Shown one piece after another: positions 41,865 to 51,783 of a DNA stretch of 64,000 nt. The first letter of the stretch is position 1. The number at the start of each line of letters is the position of its first letter. The DNA is from Candidatus Cloacimonadota bacterium (GTDB taxonomy: Bacteria > Cloacimonadota > Cloacimonadia > G963667145): the NCBI GenBank assembly GCA_963667255.1, contig OY762940.1, forward strand, positions 1,280,001-1,344,000. The letters are read 5' to 3'. Below the pieces are notes generated by a model. The model was not told where the DNA came from, searched no databases, and saw only the letters and a program-made list of their open reading frames with translations. The translations under genes were made by a program, and so were the position numbers.

Positions 41865-42905
41865 CTAAACTCCCGTTCCAAATCCTGAAAGTCCAGTATT
41901 CTCAGCAAAACCGCACATAATATTCATATTCTGCACAGCTTGACCGGCAGCACCTTTCACAAGGTTATCAATAACACTCACAACTATCAATCTCCCCACT
42001 CTCTCATCCAAAAAGATGTTCAAATGGCACTCATTACTTCCCACCACATTCTTAATCTCTGGCAATTCGCCTTCGTTCAAAACCTTCACAAACTCAGCAC
42101 CTGCATAATATTCTCTATAAATCTCTCGCAACTCTTCCGAATCGATTTTCTCTATCAAATCCAAATAGATAGTCGACAAAATTCCTCTTTTCACAGGCAA
42201 CAAATGTGGCGTAAAACTCACCAATACCTCTTGTCCACAAAGTTTGCCAATCTCTTGCTCTATCTCCGGAGTATGCCTATGAGATGCAATCTTGTAAGCC
42301 TTGAAATTCTCATCCTGTTCGCAAAAATGGCTACCGATAGACAGCCCTCTGCCAGCACCACTAACGCCGGATTTGCTATCAATGATAATACTGGTTGGGT
42401 CAACAATTTGCTTATCCATTATAGGTGCCAACGCCAACAAAACACTGGTGGGATAGCACCCGGGATTTGCCACCAAATTCACATTCCTAAGATTCTTCTT
42501 ATGTATCTCCGGAATATTATACTCAGCCTCATCAAGCAAAGACTCCACTTCGTATTCCTTGCCATACCACTTCTCATAATCGTCTATACTATCCAATCTG
42601 AAGTCAGCACCCAAATCCACAACTCTTACACCATTTCCAACCAATTCCGAAGCGATAGCTTGAGCGGGACCAGTAGGCAAAGCTATAAATACCAAGTCGC
42701 TATTTTGAGCAAGCTCGTTCGTATCCAGCTCTTTGCACTCCATATCCAATTTTCCACGAAACGCAGGATAAATCTCAGAAAATTTTTGCCCAACATAACT
42801 TTTCGATACCAAATCCACCAACTCAACTTCCGGATGATAATACAAAATTTTCGCCAACTCAACACCGGAATAACCGGTAGCACCCACTATAGATACTCTC
42901 AACAT
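41865..42905 (-). CDS. argC: N-acetyl-gamma-glutamyl-phosphate reductase
   Basis: GATGYSG, NPGCYPT, SGVSGAGR, DNLVKGAAGQA. Confidence 0.96.
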   Translation of the reverse strand: MLRVSIVGATGYSGVELAKILYYHPEVELVDLVSKSYVGQKFSEIYPAFRGKLDMECKELDTNELAQNSDLVFIALPTGPAQAIASELVGNGVRVVDLGADFRLDSIDDYEKWYGKEYEVESLLDEAEYNIPEIHKKNLRNVNLVANPGCYPTSVLLALAPIMDKQIVDPTSIIIDSKSGVSGAGRGLSIGSHFCEQDENFKAYKIASHRHTPEIEQEIGKLCGQEVLVSFTPHLLPVKRGILSTIYLDLIEKIDSEELREIYREYYAGAEFVKVLNEGELPEIKNVVGSNECHLNIFLDERVGRLIVVSVIDNLVKGAAGQAVQNMNIMCGFAENTGLSGFGTGV

Positions 42906-42931
42906 CTATTTCTCCTTAATTGATTTAGTGC

Positions 42932-42969
42932 AAAAAAGCTACCCCGCCTTTTCAAAAAGTGAGGTAGCC
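42932..42969 (-). terminator. Intrinsic terminator after atpG
   Basis: Minus strand GCTACCTC...GGGGTAGC stem plus T6. Confidence 0.7.
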
Positions 42970-42991
42970 AAATTATTTTATCTCTTCAAGT

Positions 42992-43840
42992 CTATTCGTT
43001 GATAGCCTCAGCTCCACCCACAATATCGATGATTTCACCTGTAATGGCAGCCTGTCTCTCTCGGTTGTATTTCAAAGAAAGATTTTCTATAATCTCACTG
43101 GCGTTCTCAGTAGCGTTGTCCATAGCAGTCATTCTGGCAGCTTGCTCCGCAGCGGAAGATTCCAACAAAATCCGCCAAATCTCCACAGAGATATATTTCC
43201 GTCCAAGTTCCTCTATTATAGCCTCTTCACTCGGCTCATACAAAAAGTCTATTGTCGAGATATTCTCATCGGCAGATGGCTCTATAGGAAAGAGATTTTT
43301 AAAAATAATATCTTGTTGAATAGCGGAAACAAACTTGTTATAAATAACAGAAACATTGCTATAACCCTTGTCCAAATACAAATCCAAAACAAGTGCGGTA
43401 ATATCTTTGGCAACGGAAAAATCCATACTGTTGAACAATCCAGTAAAATTATCGTAAACCTCACAAACCTTTTTCAGAGAAGAAAGTCCGTTCTTCCCGA
43501 TACAGATAACATCGGTATTTTCGTTCTTTTTTAAGTGAAGTTTGACCCTCTTCACAATTTCAGAATTAAACGAGCCACAAAGTCCTCTGTCGGAAGTCAC
43601 AACGACCAAAGCATTTTTTGGATTGTCACTAACGAAAAAGAAAGGATGATTAGACTGAGTGTTTTTCTTCTTAACGCAAGATAACATACCACCAACCAAA
43701 TCGGCATAAGGTCTGGCATCTTCTATCGCCTCTTGAGATTTGCGAAGCTTACTGGCAGCCACCATCTTCATAGCGTTTGTTATTTGTCTAGTAGAGCGAA
43801 CACCCTCTATTCTGTTTTTTATAGCCTTCAAGTTTCCCAT
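42992..43840 (-). CDS. atpG: F1 ATP synthase gamma subunit
   Basis: QITNAMKMVAASK, SDRGLCGSFN, EQAARMTAMDNATENA, RQAAIT. Confidence 0.96.
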   Translation of the reverse strand: MGNLKAIKNRIEGVRSTRQITNAMKMVAASKLRKSQEAIEDARPYADLVGGMLSCVKKKNTQSNHPFFFVSDNPKNALVVVTSDRGLCGSFNSEIVKRVKLHLKKNENTDVICIGKNGLSSLKKVCEVYDNFTGLFNSMDFSVAKDITALVLDLYLDKGYSNVSVIYNKFVSAIQQDIIFKNLFPIEPSADENISTIDFLYEPSEEAIIEELGRKYISVEIWRILLESSAAEQAARMTAMDNATENASEIIENLSLKYNRERQAAITGEIIDIVGGAEAINE

Positions 43841-43850
43841 TTAAAAATCC

Positions 43851-44117
43851 TTACACTTCCTCTTTTTCTTCGTCCGCCAACAAATCGTCAGCACTGTCTT
43901 CGCAAGCCTCACATTCGCCGAAGAACTTCAAAAGAGGTCTTGCTCCGCTCAAACACATCAAAATCAAAATTTTCTTGAAACCAACTCTCCTCAAAAATGG
44001 GAAAATTTTAATCAGAAAAATCCCAAAGAAAAATCCCGCAATTTGAGCCAATTTAAAATCAAAGAAATCAAGGCGTTTGGTTCTCTCATTTAATTTATCC
44101 AAATCCCAATTATCCAT
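43851..44117 (-). CDS. Small hypothetical membrane protein with acidic tail
   Basis: GGAGG RBS, hydrophobic helices, CEAC and a D/E-rich C-terminus; ends 10 bp before the atpG start; TTGACA at 44223-44228. Confidence 0.65.
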   Translation of the reverse strand: MDNWDLDKLNERTKRLDFFDFKLAQIAGFFFGIFLIKIFPFLRRVGFKKILILMCLSGARPLLKFFGECEACEDSADDLLADEEKEEV

Positions 44118-44239
44118 CTTACCTCCGTTTCCGATTCCTCGTTTACAAACGAATCATTTTTTAGATTTGTAACCAATTCGCTACCCGACAAATCTGCATC
44201 AAAATCAATCACACAAAGATATTGTCAAGAGTTTATTTT

Positions 44240-44968
44240 CTAAATCTGCTTATCCAAAATTTCGTCAAAAACATCTTCAAAACAGAATAAACCCTGTTTG
44301 TCTGCAATAAATTTTGCCGCTTTGAGAGCACCAAGAGCAAAACCTTTTCTATTACGAGCAGAATGCTTAATCTCCACAAAATCAGCAGGTGAATCGTAGC
44401 AAACGGAATGTGTCCCTGGAATATCTCCACATCTGACACTGGCGAAATGCAACTCATCAGGCTCAATCTTGCGATTTAAGCAATCAACAACGAGCTTTTT
44501 CTTCCGCTCAATATTCTCCAGCAAAACCTTGCCAACGCTCTTCGCAGTCCCACTCGGGCTATCAACTTTGCGATTATGATGATACTCAATCCCGCACACA
44601 TCATACTCGCAGACTTTATCAAAAATCAAGGCTGATTCACGAATTAGTTTCAAAAAAAGATTAACTCCCACGGAAAAATTCGAACCATAAATAATGTCGC
44701 CCTTGATTTTTTTCAAACCTTCCAAATCAAATCCAGTCGCTCCGACTACCGCTTTTCTTCCCCAACTGCAAACCTTTTTAGCATTATCAACCGCAGAACT
44801 ACCGAGAGCAAAATCTATGACCACCTCAGCATCTTGCAAATTTTCCTCAGTCAAGTCCACATTCAATTTGGGGTCAATTCTGGCAACGACAACACATCCG
44901 ACCTGCTCGGACAACGACTCAATCAATTGTCCCATTACACCATATCCGATAAGAGCTATTTTCAACAT
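44240..44968 (-). CDS. dapB: 4-hydroxy-tetrahydrodipicolinate reductase
   Basis: GYGVMG, NFSVG, EYHHNRKVDSPSGTA. Confidence 0.94.
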   Translation of the reverse strand: MLKIALIGYGVMGQLIESLSEQVGCVVVARIDPKLNVDLTEENLQDAEVVIDFALGSSAVDNAKKVCSWGRKAVVGATGFDLEGLKKIKGDIIYGSNFSVGVNLFLKLIRESALIFDKVCEYDVCGIEYHHNRKVDSPSGTAKSVGKVLLENIERKKKLVVDCLNRKIEPDELHFASVRCGDIPGTHSVCYDSPADFVEIKHSARNRKGFALGALKAAKFIADKQGLFCFEDVFDEILDKQI

Positions 44969-44989
44969 TTTCTTCTCTCCAAAATAAAT

Positions 44990-46126
44990 TTATGAAAAGT
45001 CCCGTAGAACTTCGTTGTAAACTTTCTTATTCACTTCCAAAATCTCCTCCAGACTCGGAAAATCGATTTTTTCAGATTTCTCCAGCTGTGCAGAAACAAT
45101 CTTGCAAATATCGTTGAATTTGATTTCCCTCTCCAAGAACAACATCACGGCAACCTCAGATGCACTATTCAAAACAGTCGGAGCTATTCCTCCGATTTTT
45201 CCGGCTTCCACACCTACATAATACAACGGATATCTCAGCTTATCAACTTTCTCAAAGCTCAAATTCCCGACATCAAACAAATTCGTTTTAACATCAGCGT
45301 CCAAAAATCTATGCGGATAAGTGAGTGCATACAAAACCGGCAAAACCATCGACGGCGAACTCATCTGTGCCAAAATAGAACCGTCAACATATTCCACCAT
45401 GGAGTGAACTATAGACTGCCTATGGATAATCGGCACAATATTGTCGTAATCTACGCCAAAAAGATGGTGTGCCTCTATCACCTCAAAAGCCTTATTCAGC
45501 ATCGTAGCAGAATCGACCGTGATTTTTTTGCCCATACTCCAGTTAGGATGAAGCAATGCGTCTTCCACACTTATGGAATCGAACGAATCCAAAGGTCTAT
45601 CCAAAAAAGAGCCACCCGAAGCGGTAATATACAATTTTTTTATTGCCGAATAGTCATTGCCTTGCAAAGCTTGAAAAATGGCGGAATGTTCACTATCTAC
45701 AGGAAGAAGCTTGCTTTTGGAACTCTTCAACTTCTCCTTTAGCAAATCGCCTGCCATCACCAAAGATTCTTTGTTCGCAAGTGCCAAATCGATGTCGTTA
45801 TCAACCGTGGCAATGGAATACTCAAGTCCCGCTGAACCAGAAATAGCGTTCAGCAAAATATCGATGTCGCTATCGGCAATCAGCTTTAATAAACTTTCTT
45901 TGCCATAATAAACTTCAATCTCTTGGGGAGTATCAGTCAGTTTCTCTTCAAGTCCCGTAAAGACCAACTTCTCAATCCCAAACTCCAAAGCGTAAGCAAA
46001 AAGTTTGTCACTGGATGTATGAGCGGAGGCGAAAGAGATGTTGAATTTATCGCCGTGATTTCGCATCACTGTCGCTACAGAGTCGCCAATAGAGCCACTA
46101 AATCCCAAAACAGCAATTTTCTTCAT
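44990..46126 (-). CDS. dxr: 1-deoxy-D-xylulose-5-phosphate reductoisomerase
   Basis: GSIG, LANKESLV, PVDSEH, HPNWSMG, KITVDSAT. Confidence 0.95.
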   Translation of the reverse strand: MKKIAVLGFSGSIGDSVATVMRNHGDKFNISFASAHTSSDKLFAYALEFGIEKLVFTGLEEKLTDTPQEIEVYYGKESLLKLIADSDIDILLNAISGSAGLEYSIATVDNDIDLALANKESLVMAGDLLKEKLKSSKSKLLPVDSEHSAIFQALQGNDYSAIKKLYITASGGSFLDRPLDSFDSISVEDALLHPNWSMGKKITVDSATMLNKAFEVIEAHHLFGVDYDNIVPIIHRQSIVHSMVEYVDGSILAQMSSPSMVLPVLYALTYPHRFLDADVKTNLFDVGNLSFEKVDKLRYPLYYVGVEAGKIGGIAPTVLNSASEVAVMLFLEREIKFNDICKIVSAQLEKSEKIDFPSLEEILEVNKKVYNEVLRDFS

Positions 46127-46569
46127 TTGAACGCCTTTACGCTTCGCTCTGTGTCTCTCTTCATATCTTTTTGTTTGATGCTCTCTCGCTTGTCATGCAA
46201 CTTCTTGCCGACAGCCAAACTAACCGTCATTTTCGCCAAACCTCTATCGTTGATGTAGATTTTTTTAGGAACAATCGTCAGACCCTTTTCCGCAATTTTC
46301 TTTTCCAACTTCCCGATTTCTTTTTTAGTAAGAAGAAGTTTCCTCTCCCTCATCGGCTCATGATTAAAAAAACTTGCCGTTAGATAAGGAGAAATATGCA
46401 GACCAGATAGCCAAATTTCGCCCTTTTTCACGAAAGCGTAAGCATCCAAAAAATTCAGTTTGCCAGCTCTTATAGCCTTGATTTCAGTCCCCAAAAGCTG
46501 TATGCCCGCTTCAAAATCTTCCAAAAAAGTGAAATTGTGATAAGCCTTTTTATTCTTAATACAAATCAT
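46123..46569 (-). CDS. smpB: SsrA-binding protein
   Basis: NKKAY, GTEIKAIR, RKLLL, GKKLHDKR; ATG 46569 preferred. Confidence 0.94.
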   Translation of the reverse strand: MICIKNKKAYHNFTFLEDFEAGIQLLGTEIKAIRAGKLNFLDAYAFVKKGEIWLSGLHISPYLTASFFNHEPMRERKLLLTKKEIGKLEKKIAEKGLTIVPKKIYINDRGLAKMTVSLAVGKKLHDKRESIKQKDMKRDTERSVKAFK

Positions 46570-47899
46570 AGTTTTCAGAAGCAACCGGAATGTCTCTATC
46601 GTCCATCAATTTTTTGCGAGATGAAAAAATATCAAACCCCATAAAGCCGATAGACAACTTGAACTCCTGCTCATTATAACCGTTCTTCGACTTCGACCCA
46701 CGAGTAAAATATTGCAAAGCGACAGTCGCTCTGGAATTTTTTGCCTCATTCACAGGAATATCAAACCCAAGCGTAAAGCCGTTCTCAGTCAAATAGCTCC
46801 CATTAACTTTGAACGGAAACTCCTTGCGATAATATCCAACCCTCAAAGGAATATTCCAATACCAAGGGTCTATGTCCATATCATAAGCAAGTCCAATTCC
46901 GAAATTGAAAGTGTTGTGCATATCCACGCCCGAAAAGTAAGAACTGTTCTCCCATATTTGATAATCCGCATCAACGCTTAGTTTCCATAACTCGTTGAAC
47001 TTATAGGTAAATCCAGTGCCGAAAATCTGAGGTAATTTTATCTCTTTGCTCGCTTTCCCTGTCTGAATAGTGCTATCCTTCAAAGTGTAAGTGGAATCGT
47101 AGGAAGTATAAGCAGCACCGGCGACAGCAGTCCCACTTCTTTTGTATTTATACACTGTGAAAATGGACGAAGTGTTGCTAAAAACATTATCCCCACTTAA
47201 TTCAATGGATGGAATATAATAAAATCCCAAAGCCAAATTCTCAAATTGCTTGGAAACCCCTATAGAATAGCTGAAAACATTCACATCAAAATCTTCCGAA
47301 ACTTTGAAGGTGGAATCATATTTTGTCGTAGAATTAGAGCTATCAACAAAAGAAAATTTGCCCGCATAGGTTGTAGCAACATCATTTTGGGCAGAACCAA
47401 CATAGTAGTTAACTCCAATTCCAATATTGAACCATGGAGTTTTGCGAGCGTAAACCAATCCTAATTTATAGAAATTGTTGAAAACATCTTCGGTAACTTT
47501 ATTAGGATTGTAATAGGAGTATTCATACTCGCTGGAATAACTGGAAGCGAAATCCAACGCAACAAAATTGTCCCCAAACGGAAAAATAATATTGCAAAAC
47601 GGAAGGTCATATTCCACTGTCTTGGACAAATTTATTTGATTTTCCCCAGTTTCGGGATATAGCCATCCAGACGAAAAACCGGTAGAAAACTGAACTTTAT
47701 TGGCGGTGACTGCCATAGACGGATTTATCAAGCTGGCATTGAACCTGAACAAGTCAGCAGAGCCTGTATAACCCATACCTGCGGAATAAAAATCTCTGCC
47801 CAGATTTTGATTTAAAAATCCCGACTTGCCAAATGCGGACGACGCAAATACACAGCCACAACTAAACAACAACAAAACTGTAAAAAATATTTTTTTCAT
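46556..47899 (-). CDS. FadL/OmpP1-like outer-membrane protein
   Basis: Signal peptide, AGMG...NPS N-terminal hatch motif, LPQIFGTG, PLRVGY; TTGACA at 47956-47961. Confidence 0.6.
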   Translation of the reverse strand: MKKIFFTVLLLFSCGCVFASSAFGKSGFLNQNLGRDFYSAGMGYTGSADLFRFNASLINPSMAVTANKVQFSTGFSSGWLYPETGENQINLSKTVEYDLPFCNIIFPFGDNFVALDFASSYSSEYEYSYYNPNKVTEDVFNNFYKLGLVYARKTPWFNIGIGVNYYVGSAQNDVATTYAGKFSFVDSSNSTTKYDSTFKVSEDFDVNVFSYSIGVSKQFENLALGFYYIPSIELSGDNVFSNTSSIFTVYKYKRSGTAVAGAAYTSYDSTYTLKDSTIQTGKASKEIKLPQIFGTGFTYKFNELWKLSVDADYQIWENSSYFSGVDMHNTFNFGIGLAYDMDIDPWYWNIPLRVGYYRKEFPFKVNGSYLTENGFTLGFDIPVNEAKNSRATVALQYFTRGSKSKNGYNEQEFKLSIGFMGFDIFSSRKKLMDDRDIPVASENYDLY

Positions 47900-47973
47900 T
47901 CTCTCTATCAACCTAAAATCATTTTAAAAAACTATCCTTTGAGGAGAGCCAAGTTTGTCAAATAATACCAAGC

Positions 47974-47998
47974 AAAAAGTCGCAGATTTCTGCGACTT
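47974..47998 (-). terminator. Intrinsic terminator after the protease cassette
   Basis: AAGTCGCAGA / TCTGCGACTT perfect stem plus T tract on minus. Confidence 0.78.
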
Positions 47999-48034
47999 CA
48001 AAAAAACATACAGACAAAACACCAATCGAAAGAT

Positions 48035-48313
48035 TTATTTATCTTCTTTTATCTCTATCACCTTAACTATCGGATCCAAAAATTTTTCGTCAGTTTCGCT
48101 ATACACCAACTCAACTCTTCTGCCTTGCAACGGCAACATAGCCTCTCTATCACCTTCCAATCTAAACTTTTGCCCGTCATCATTATAAAACAAAAAGTAA
48201 GTAAAAGGTTCGTTCCCAGTAAGAATCAACTTCCCTTTGGCTGTTTTGTTAGTGCTCATAGCCATCAGAAAAAAAGCGAATACCAAAATAAAAATTTTAA
48301 CAAAATTTTTCAT
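48035..48313 (-). CDS. Small exported hypothetical protein
   Basis: Signal peptide, GNEPFTY segment, GGAG RBS; starts 7 bp after the protease stop. Confidence 0.65.
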   Translation of the reverse strand: MKNFVKIFILVFAFFLMAMSTNKTAKGKLILTGNEPFTYFLFYNDDGQKFRLEGDREAMLPLQGRRVELVYSETDEKFLDPIVKVIEIKEDK

Positions 48314-48320
48314 AACTCCT

Positions 48321-50006
48321 CTATTTCGCCACTACGGTTAATTCCAAATCAGTGCTATTCATAACAATATTTATCGTATAAGTGCCAACGGCTAAATTAT
48401 CAGCGACCTTATAATAAACATTGGCTTTAGTATTAACATTTTGCATATTACCTAAAGTATAGATTTGTGGAGTTCCTTGAGTAAAAGCGTTAATCTCTAC
48501 TAAATTATAGGTAACTCCATTCAATGTGCTACTCACATCAGCATTATAAGCGAAAACTCCGCTACTTAAACTCTTATTTGAGAGTAAATAAGCTGCTCCC
48601 CAATTCCGTTGTAAAGTAGAAAAACTAACTCCTGTAGCAGACTCTACAGCATTAATATTCGTCTTTCCTGATGAATAAATTCCCTTAACAAAATTCGCTC
48701 CATCATAATGCCTAAGCAGATAAGAACCAAATCCGTAATTCATAGCATAATATGGCAAAGAAGCATTACCGTCTGCCCACTTACACAACGAATAATAATT
48801 GCAAGCATTTAATCCTGTCGTTCCACTAAATCTCTCATAGTAAGGAGAAGACAAATAACTGCCAAACATTTTATAAGCAACCAAATCTTCTATGCTCATA
48901 GACATCATCTCATTAATCCAAGTGTCGTGAGAAAGATTTTTTAAAACATTTTGTTGATAATAAAAAATCATATGTTGAAATTCGTGAGCAAGTGTAGAAA
49001 AAATAATTTTAGGTAATTCTGCTGTGCTACTCCAAGTTGTTCCTCCATTTGCATAAATTAAAGCATCTACACAAAACATTATCATTTGATTGCTATTTTG
49101 AACACTAGAGCTATAAGTTTTGAAGAAATTGTTTCCAGACCAAAAATAACCAAGCGTGCCACCTGTAGTATAATTATCGTTCCCAACATCGCAAAGGAGA
49201 ATATTTATCGGTTGGGAGCTACTTATTAAAGCCGAACTATAATTATGTGAACCCCATTCTGCACCACAAATATTGGTGACCCAATCATAAATATCGTTAT
49301 TTGAACCGCTTTTTAAAAAACCTTCTGCCATAGCATCTACCATAGTTTGAGTAATTAACTTGGACTTCGTTCCCCCAACTGTCCAACAATCATTAGCAAC
49401 CCAAATATTTAAAGTTTTACTATCTACAGTTACTACTTTTCTACAAGTTGCGGCAACTGTCCGCTCTGTAGCTGCTTCATAAAAATTATAAGTATCTCCT
49501 ATGTTAACAGATGCCTGCACTGAAGATTTCAACAAATTATTGTTTGACCTTTCGATTAATTTAGGAGGCTTAGGAAGATTTGGCTCAGTAAAATTATATT
49601 TACTTACTTGCGACCTCAAAATAGAACTTGAAACATTGGAGCTAAAAGTAACATTACTACTGCTCACAGAATAACTACTACTGCTAACTGTGGACGAACT
49701 ACCAGTATTGCTAAAAATAAAATAAATTGATTTGGGGGTAGTTACATTTAAGGTTAGGTTAATTTTTTTATAGCAACTTCCTTTGGTAAACAGATAAGCA
49801 TTATCCTCACTTATGCCTATTGTAGTATCAGTAGTAGGAGTAGTAGGAGTAGTAGGAGTAGTAGGAGTAGTAGGAGTAGTAGGAGTAGTAGGAGTAGGCG
49901 AAGAATTATTGTCGTCATCATTACCTAAAAGTTCATCCAAATTACACCCAGAAAAGATCCCCACTATAACCAAAAATAATAATAATCTTAAAATAAAATT
50001 TTTCAT
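48321..50006 (-). CDS. Lipoprotein zinc metallopeptidase (M30/hyicolysin-like)
   Basis: Lipobox FSGC, PT linker, GYFW, TLAHEFQH and WINE motifs; TTGACA at 50060-50065. Confidence 0.78.
   Translation of the reverse strand: MKNFILRLLLFLVIVGIFSGCNLDELLGNDDDNNSSPTPTTPTTPTTPTTPTTPTTPTTDTTIGISEDNAYLFTKGSCYKKINLTLNVTTPKSIYFIFSNTGSSSTVSSSSYSVSSSNVTFSSNVSSSILRSQVSKYNFTEPNLPKPPKLIERSNNNLLKSSVQASVNIGDTYNFYEAATERTVAATCRKVVTVDSKTLNIWVANDCWTVGGTKSKLITQTMVDAMAEGFLKSGSNNDIYDWVTNICGAEWGSHNYSSALISSSQPINILLCDVGNDNYTTGGTLGYFWSGNNFFKTYSSSVQNSNQMIMFCVDALIYANGGTTWSSTAELPKIIFSTLAHEFQHMIFYYQQNVLKNLSHDTWINEMMSMSIEDLVAYKMFGSYLSSPYYERFSGTTGLNACNYYSLCKWADGNASLPYYAMNYGFGSYLLRHYDGANFVKGIYSSGKTNINAVESATGVSFSTLQRNWGAAYLLSNKSLSSGVFAYNADVSSTLNGVTYNLVEINAFTQGTPQIYTLGNMQNVNTKANVYYKVADNLAVGTYTINIVMNSTDLELTVVAK
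49831..49893. repeat. Perfect 9-bp tandem repeat (GTAGTAGGA)x7 encoding (PTT)7
   Basis: Directly visible; in frame within the protease linker. Confidence 0.95.
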
Positions 50007-50188
50007 TTATTCTCCTTATTTTAAAAATAGTTGCCTCAAATATAATTTTAAGAATTTTGTGTCAAACTATTTGATTAACTATATGTTAGAAAATAATTTC
50101 TTTTAACTAAATTACAAAACTATGTTTGCAAACTTATTATTCTATGAAATTTCCCAATGATCGCCTTTCAATGCACCTTACACAAAAT

Positions 50189-50219
50189 AGAAAACAAATC
50201 TCTGCCTTTTGTTTTCTGG
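50189..50219 (-). terminator. Possible terminator of the thrC...amidase-TPR unit
   Basis: AGAAAACAAA / TTTGTTTTCT inverted repeat; AT-rich stem. Confidence 0.4.
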
Positions 50220-50254
50220 TTTCATTGTAAGATTTATCTACAAAACACATAGTA

Positions 50255-50674
50255 TTAAAATTTGGGAGTATATCCATTTAATTTACTTTTATAAAAATCC
50301 GCCTTCTCTTGGTCTCCGGCTTTTTGGTAGATTTCAGCCAACAAAAGAAAAGCATCATCTCTTTTTGCGGTAAAATTTTGAACATAAAAATCTAAATATT
50401 TCACAGCCTTATCAGCATTATAATTTGCAAAAGACGATTTACCGGTTACAAAAATAGCATTTTCAAGTTTATTTTCGTTTGGAAATTCTTCCAAATCGCT
50501 AAACTTGCTCTTCATCTTTTGTAACACACTGTAAGCCTGCAAGTAATTGTCATCAACAATAAATCTTTCATACTGTTTCTTATAAAAACTCTTTTGCTTT
50601 TCTTCGTCAGTTTCCTCGGCAAATAAAAACGAAAATAACATAACCAACACGATTAAAAAACTAAATTTTTTCAT
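50255..50674 (-). CDS. Exported TPR-like protein
   Basis: Signal peptide; helical repeats (LLAEIYQKAGDQEKA). Confidence 0.6.
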   Translation of the reverse strand: MKKFSFLIVLVMLFSFLFAEETDEEKQKSFYKKQYERFIVDDNYLQAYSVLQKMKSKFSDLEEFPNENKLENAIFVTGKSSFANYNADKAVKYLDFYVQNFTAKRDDAFLLLAEIYQKAGDQEKADFYKSKLNGYTPKF

Positions 50675-51770
50675 AATCTCTCTTAAATTTAATCACTCCG
50701 CTAACTATAGCATCCACGAACTTGCTCTGATAACTCGCAGAATTTAACTGCTTCTCCTGTGTAGCATTGGATATAAATCCCAGCTCTATCAATATCGCCG
50801 GCATAAAAGCACCTTTCAGCACATAAAAAGGACCTTGCTTTACACCTCTATCACTAAATCCTGTCTTCTTGACCATCTCATTCTGCACACAATGAGCCAA
50901 ATCGTTACTCGCCAGCAGATGCTCCGAGAGAGTCATATCTTTCAGCACAAAATCCAAAGCATCATAATGAGACTGTGCCGAAACACCCTCATACTTGCTT
51001 ACAACGGAGTTCTCGGTCTCTATAGCCTCCTGCACCCTTTCGTCAGTAACCTTTGATGTGGAGAGGATGAAAACCTCCGTTCCCTTTCGATTGGAATACT
51101 TCGAAGCGTTACAATGTATGGAGATAAACAAATCGGCTTTATTATCGTTGGCAAGTTGTGCCCGTTTGCGAAGAGCGATAAACTCATCAGTATTGCGAGT
51201 AAGCAGAACATTTATTCCGTTCTCCGCCAAAGCTCTCGCCACTTTTTGTGATATCTGCAAAGTCAAATTCTTCTCATACGACCTTTTCCCCACTGCCCCA
51301 GGGTCTTTGCCACCGTGTCCTGCATCTATCACCACCAAATCTATCCTCGAAGATTGGAAAGTTCGTGCTGCAACAGTGATTTCGTTCATCTTCTCATTAT
51401 ATGTAAATTGCGAATCAAACTTCGGTAAAATCACGGAGAGCGTGGTCACAGGCAAATAGTATTTTCCCCCTATCACTCGCAAGGGATAAGAAAAATTGTA
51501 GATATCTCCCTCAAAAATCACATAGCTTGCACTTATCAAAAAAACCAGTTTCTTATTGTTGTGAGTCAGCGACAGATTGTTTTCCAAGATGTTTTCGTCT
51601 ATTTGCACATCAAACAGCTTTTTCAACTCATACGCATTGTAGTAATCAACATCTCCAACTTTTTTGGTGTTGAAAACTTCTCCCTGCGAAGAGTTGGAAT
51701 ACACAACCTTAATCGCCGACAGATTAAACATACAGGCTAAAAAACAAAAAAACAGAACAATTTTTTTCAT
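50661..51770 (-). CDS. N-acetylmuramoyl-L-alanine amidase (Amidase_3)
   Basis: IDAGHGGKDPGA, EK, SIHCNA, LIELGF. Confidence 0.93.
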   Translation of the reverse strand: MKKIVLFFCFLACMFNLSAIKVVYSNSSQGEVFNTKKVGDVDYYNAYELKKLFDVQIDENILENNLSLTHNNKKLVFLISASYVIFEGDIYNFSYPLRVIGGKYYLPVTTLSVILPKFDSQFTYNEKMNEITVAARTFQSSRIDLVVIDAGHGGKDPGAVGKRSYEKNLTLQISQKVARALAENGINVLLTRNTDEFIALRKRAQLANDNKADLFISIHCNASKYSNRKGTEVFILSTSKVTDERVQEAIETENSVVSKYEGVSAQSHYDALDFVLKDMTLSEHLLASNDLAHCVQNEMVKKTGFSDRGVKQGPFYVLKGAFMPAILIELGFISNATQEKQLNSASYQSKFVDAIVSGVIKFKRDYEKI

Positions 51771-51783
51771 AACTATTTATTTA

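Noticed and set aside
39393..42923. Long plus-strand ORFs (290, 176 and 327 aa) over argB, argJ and argC
   Set aside because: Antisense shadows of clearly identified genes. The same applies to 411-1127, 13361-14221, 22586-23419 and 59543-60334.
46123..46569. tmRNA or tRNA near smpB
   Set aside because: Flanks are fully coding; no tRNA-like structure was found in any intergenic gap.
49831..49893. Possible CRISPR array
   Set aside because: Contiguous 9-bp units with no spacers and no cas genes.
49813..50106. ORF with (VVG)n repeat
   Set aside because: Reverse reading of the PTT repeat in the protease gene.
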